Source of the DNA: Acidobacteriota bacterium
GTDB lineage: Bacteria > Acidobacteriota > UBA6911 > JACQSX01
Assembly: GCA_036507075.1 (NCBI GenBank)
Contig: DASXQR010000039.1
Location: 1-27,561 of the forward strand
Direction: 5' to 3'
DNA: 27,561 nucleotides
Under the pieces are notes generated by a model, which had not been told where the DNA came from, did no database searches, and saw nothing but the letters and a program-made list of their open reading frames with translations. The translations under genes were made by a program, and so were the position numbers. Positions within the stretch are counted from its first letter, which is position 1. Each line of letters starts with the position of its first letter. Shown here one piece after another: positions 26,200-27,561 of this stretch.

Positions 26200-26305
26200 T
26201 GCAACGTGGCCGTTCTCGGCTTTTTCTTTGGTTGCGACCTACGGTTTACCTGTGTCTTAGAATACGGGTATTGGGGGAAACGGTTATCAAAAGGAGGAAT
26301 TTCAA

Positions 26306-27382
26306 ATGAAGAAACTGCGCGACATGCAAGCCCGATTCCTTCAGGTATGTCTGGTGCTGGGATCTACGCTGCTCATCACCGGCCAGTCGGGTGAAAAAAA
26401 ATGGAATTTTGATGGCGATGTCGAGGGAAAGCCGCCGCTGGGTTTTAGCTTTGCCAGGACCGGACAAGGGAGCGATGGCCAGTGGATGGTGAAGAAAGAT
26501 GATTCTGCGCCGTCAAAACCGATGGTGCTGGCCCAGACGTCGCAGGACAAGACCGATTACCGCTTCCCGCTGGCCATCGCCGAAGGCGCAAGCTACAAGG
26601 ATCTTGCCCTTGGCGTGAAATTCAAGACCATTTCCGGGTCAGTGGACCAGGGCGCCGGACTGGTGTTTCGCTTGCGGGACAAGGACAACTACTATGTCGT
26701 GCGCGCTAATGCCCTGGAGGACAACTTCCGCTTATATCACGTCGTCAACGGCAAGCGCGTTCAGTTTGCAGGTGTAAATTTCAAGGTAACACCCCAGGTG
26801 TGGCATCAGATTCGCGTGGAGGTCCTTGGCAGCGGGTTCCGGTGCTATTACGACGACCAGTTGAAAATCACCGCCGAGGACAGTACCTTCAAGGACGCGG
26901 GAAAGATCGGCCTGTGGACAAAAGCGGATTCTGTGATCTACTTTGATGATCTCACAGTAAAAACACCGGGCGGCGCCAGTGCCCTTTCGGCCGGAAAGAC
27001 CCTGGCTCAACGGCTTGTGGATGACCTGGCTAAAAAACACCCGGAGTTGGTGCGCATCGGACTCCACGTGACTCCGCCAGGCGGTTCGGAAAATATCATC
27101 ATCGCTTCCAACGTTGCCGCAAGGATCGGCCAAAAGTCCGATCCTGAAGACTTGCGGGCTATGAAGACGGGCCGGCCGGTGGTACTCAAAGAGGGCGAGA
27201 ATTTCGATGTTACGCTGCCGCTGCACGATGCGACGGGCAAGATTATTGGCGCCATCGGCTTGACCTTCAAGCCAGCCAGTGGCGAACAGGAAGGCGCGGC
27301 CACACGTCGAGCGCGCGCTATAACTGGGGAGCTGGAAAAGCGTATTCCTTCAAGAGACAGCTTGTTCAACTCCAATGGATAG
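26306..27382 (+). CDS. Exported protein: DUF1080/concanavalin-A-like beta-sandwich fused to a C-terminal PDC/Cache-like domain
   Basis: AGGAGG RBS and signal peptide. FKTISG..DQGAGLVFR..D..NYYVVRANALEDN and GKIGLWTKADS...FDD, then a Gly/Ala/Ser linker, then AQRLVD...HPE...TPPG...LPLHDATGKIIGAIG. Confidence 0.75.
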   Translation: MKKLRDMQARFLQVCLVLGSTLLITGQSGEKKWNFDGDVEGKPPLGFSFARTGQGSDGQWMVKKDDSAPSKPMVLAQTSQDKTDYRFPLAIAEGASYKDLALGVKFKTISGSVDQGAGLVFRLRDKDNYYVVRANALEDNFRLYHVVNGKRVQFAGVNFKVTPQVWHQIRVEVLGSGFRCYYDDQLKITAEDSTFKDAGKIGLWTKADSVIYFDDLTVKTPGGASALSAGKTLAQRLVDDLAKKHPELVRIGLHVTPPGGSENIIIASNVAARIGQKSDPEDLRAMKTGRPVVLKEGENFDVTLPLHDATGKIIGAIGLTFKPASGEQEGAATRRARAITGELEKRIPSRDSLFNSNG

Positions 27383-27508
27383 CGGAGGGTGGCCCGTAAT
27401 TCTTAGCAGCCTGTCCGAGAAATCGACGCCATCGGGGCAAGAACATGAGAAAATTGGTGACTCGAGTTGCGGCTTTGCCGCCCATCGTGCGGAAAGGCTC
27501 TGCCTTTC

Positions 27509-27561
27509 CCTGGAGTTTCTACATTTATCCATCCTAACCTGACGGTCCATGGACAGCTAAG
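27509..27561 (-). repeat. 53-bp repeat, copy 2 (runs to the window end)
   Basis: Exact reverse complement of 89-141. Confidence 0.95.

Noticed and set aside
89..27561. Whole window as one autonomous transposon or prophage
   Set aside because: No transposase, integrase or phage genes, and it contains core genes (lysA, dacB).

Overview
A 27.6-kb bacterial window of moderately high GC. The gene mix (DUF1259, DUF5916, DmsE/MtrB pair, standalone PDC-like domain) suggests Acidobacteriota, which is an inference. The left ~10.2 kb holds envelope and housekeeping genes: UDP-HexNAc dehydrogenase and epimerase, dacB, lysA, TraB/GumN, a GrdB/PrdB-like protein, a CDF transporter and an atypical GTPase. 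Several families of MITE/REP-like inverted repeats are interspersed among them. The right part looks accessory: a PAP2 phosphatase, a decayed heavy-metal efflux locus (3' cusA/czcA fragment, 5' cusR-like fragment), DUF1259 and DUF5916, a GH15 glucoamylase and a DUF1080-PDC fusion. The most notable feature is 16069-23525, a candidate NADH-to-cell-surface electron conduit. It encodes an MtrA/DmsE-type decaheme and MtrB-type porin, a monoheme cytochrome c, a CymA/NapC-like tetraheme, and a type II NADH dehydrogenase. It also carries two cyclic-nucleotide-binding domains with intact phosphate-binding cassettes, one fused to the NDH-2 and one membrane-anchored. Together these suggest a cNMP-gated extracellular electron transfer module. 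A perfect 53-bp inverted repeat lies at the two ends of the window. All family assignments come from motif recognition by eye, not database searches.
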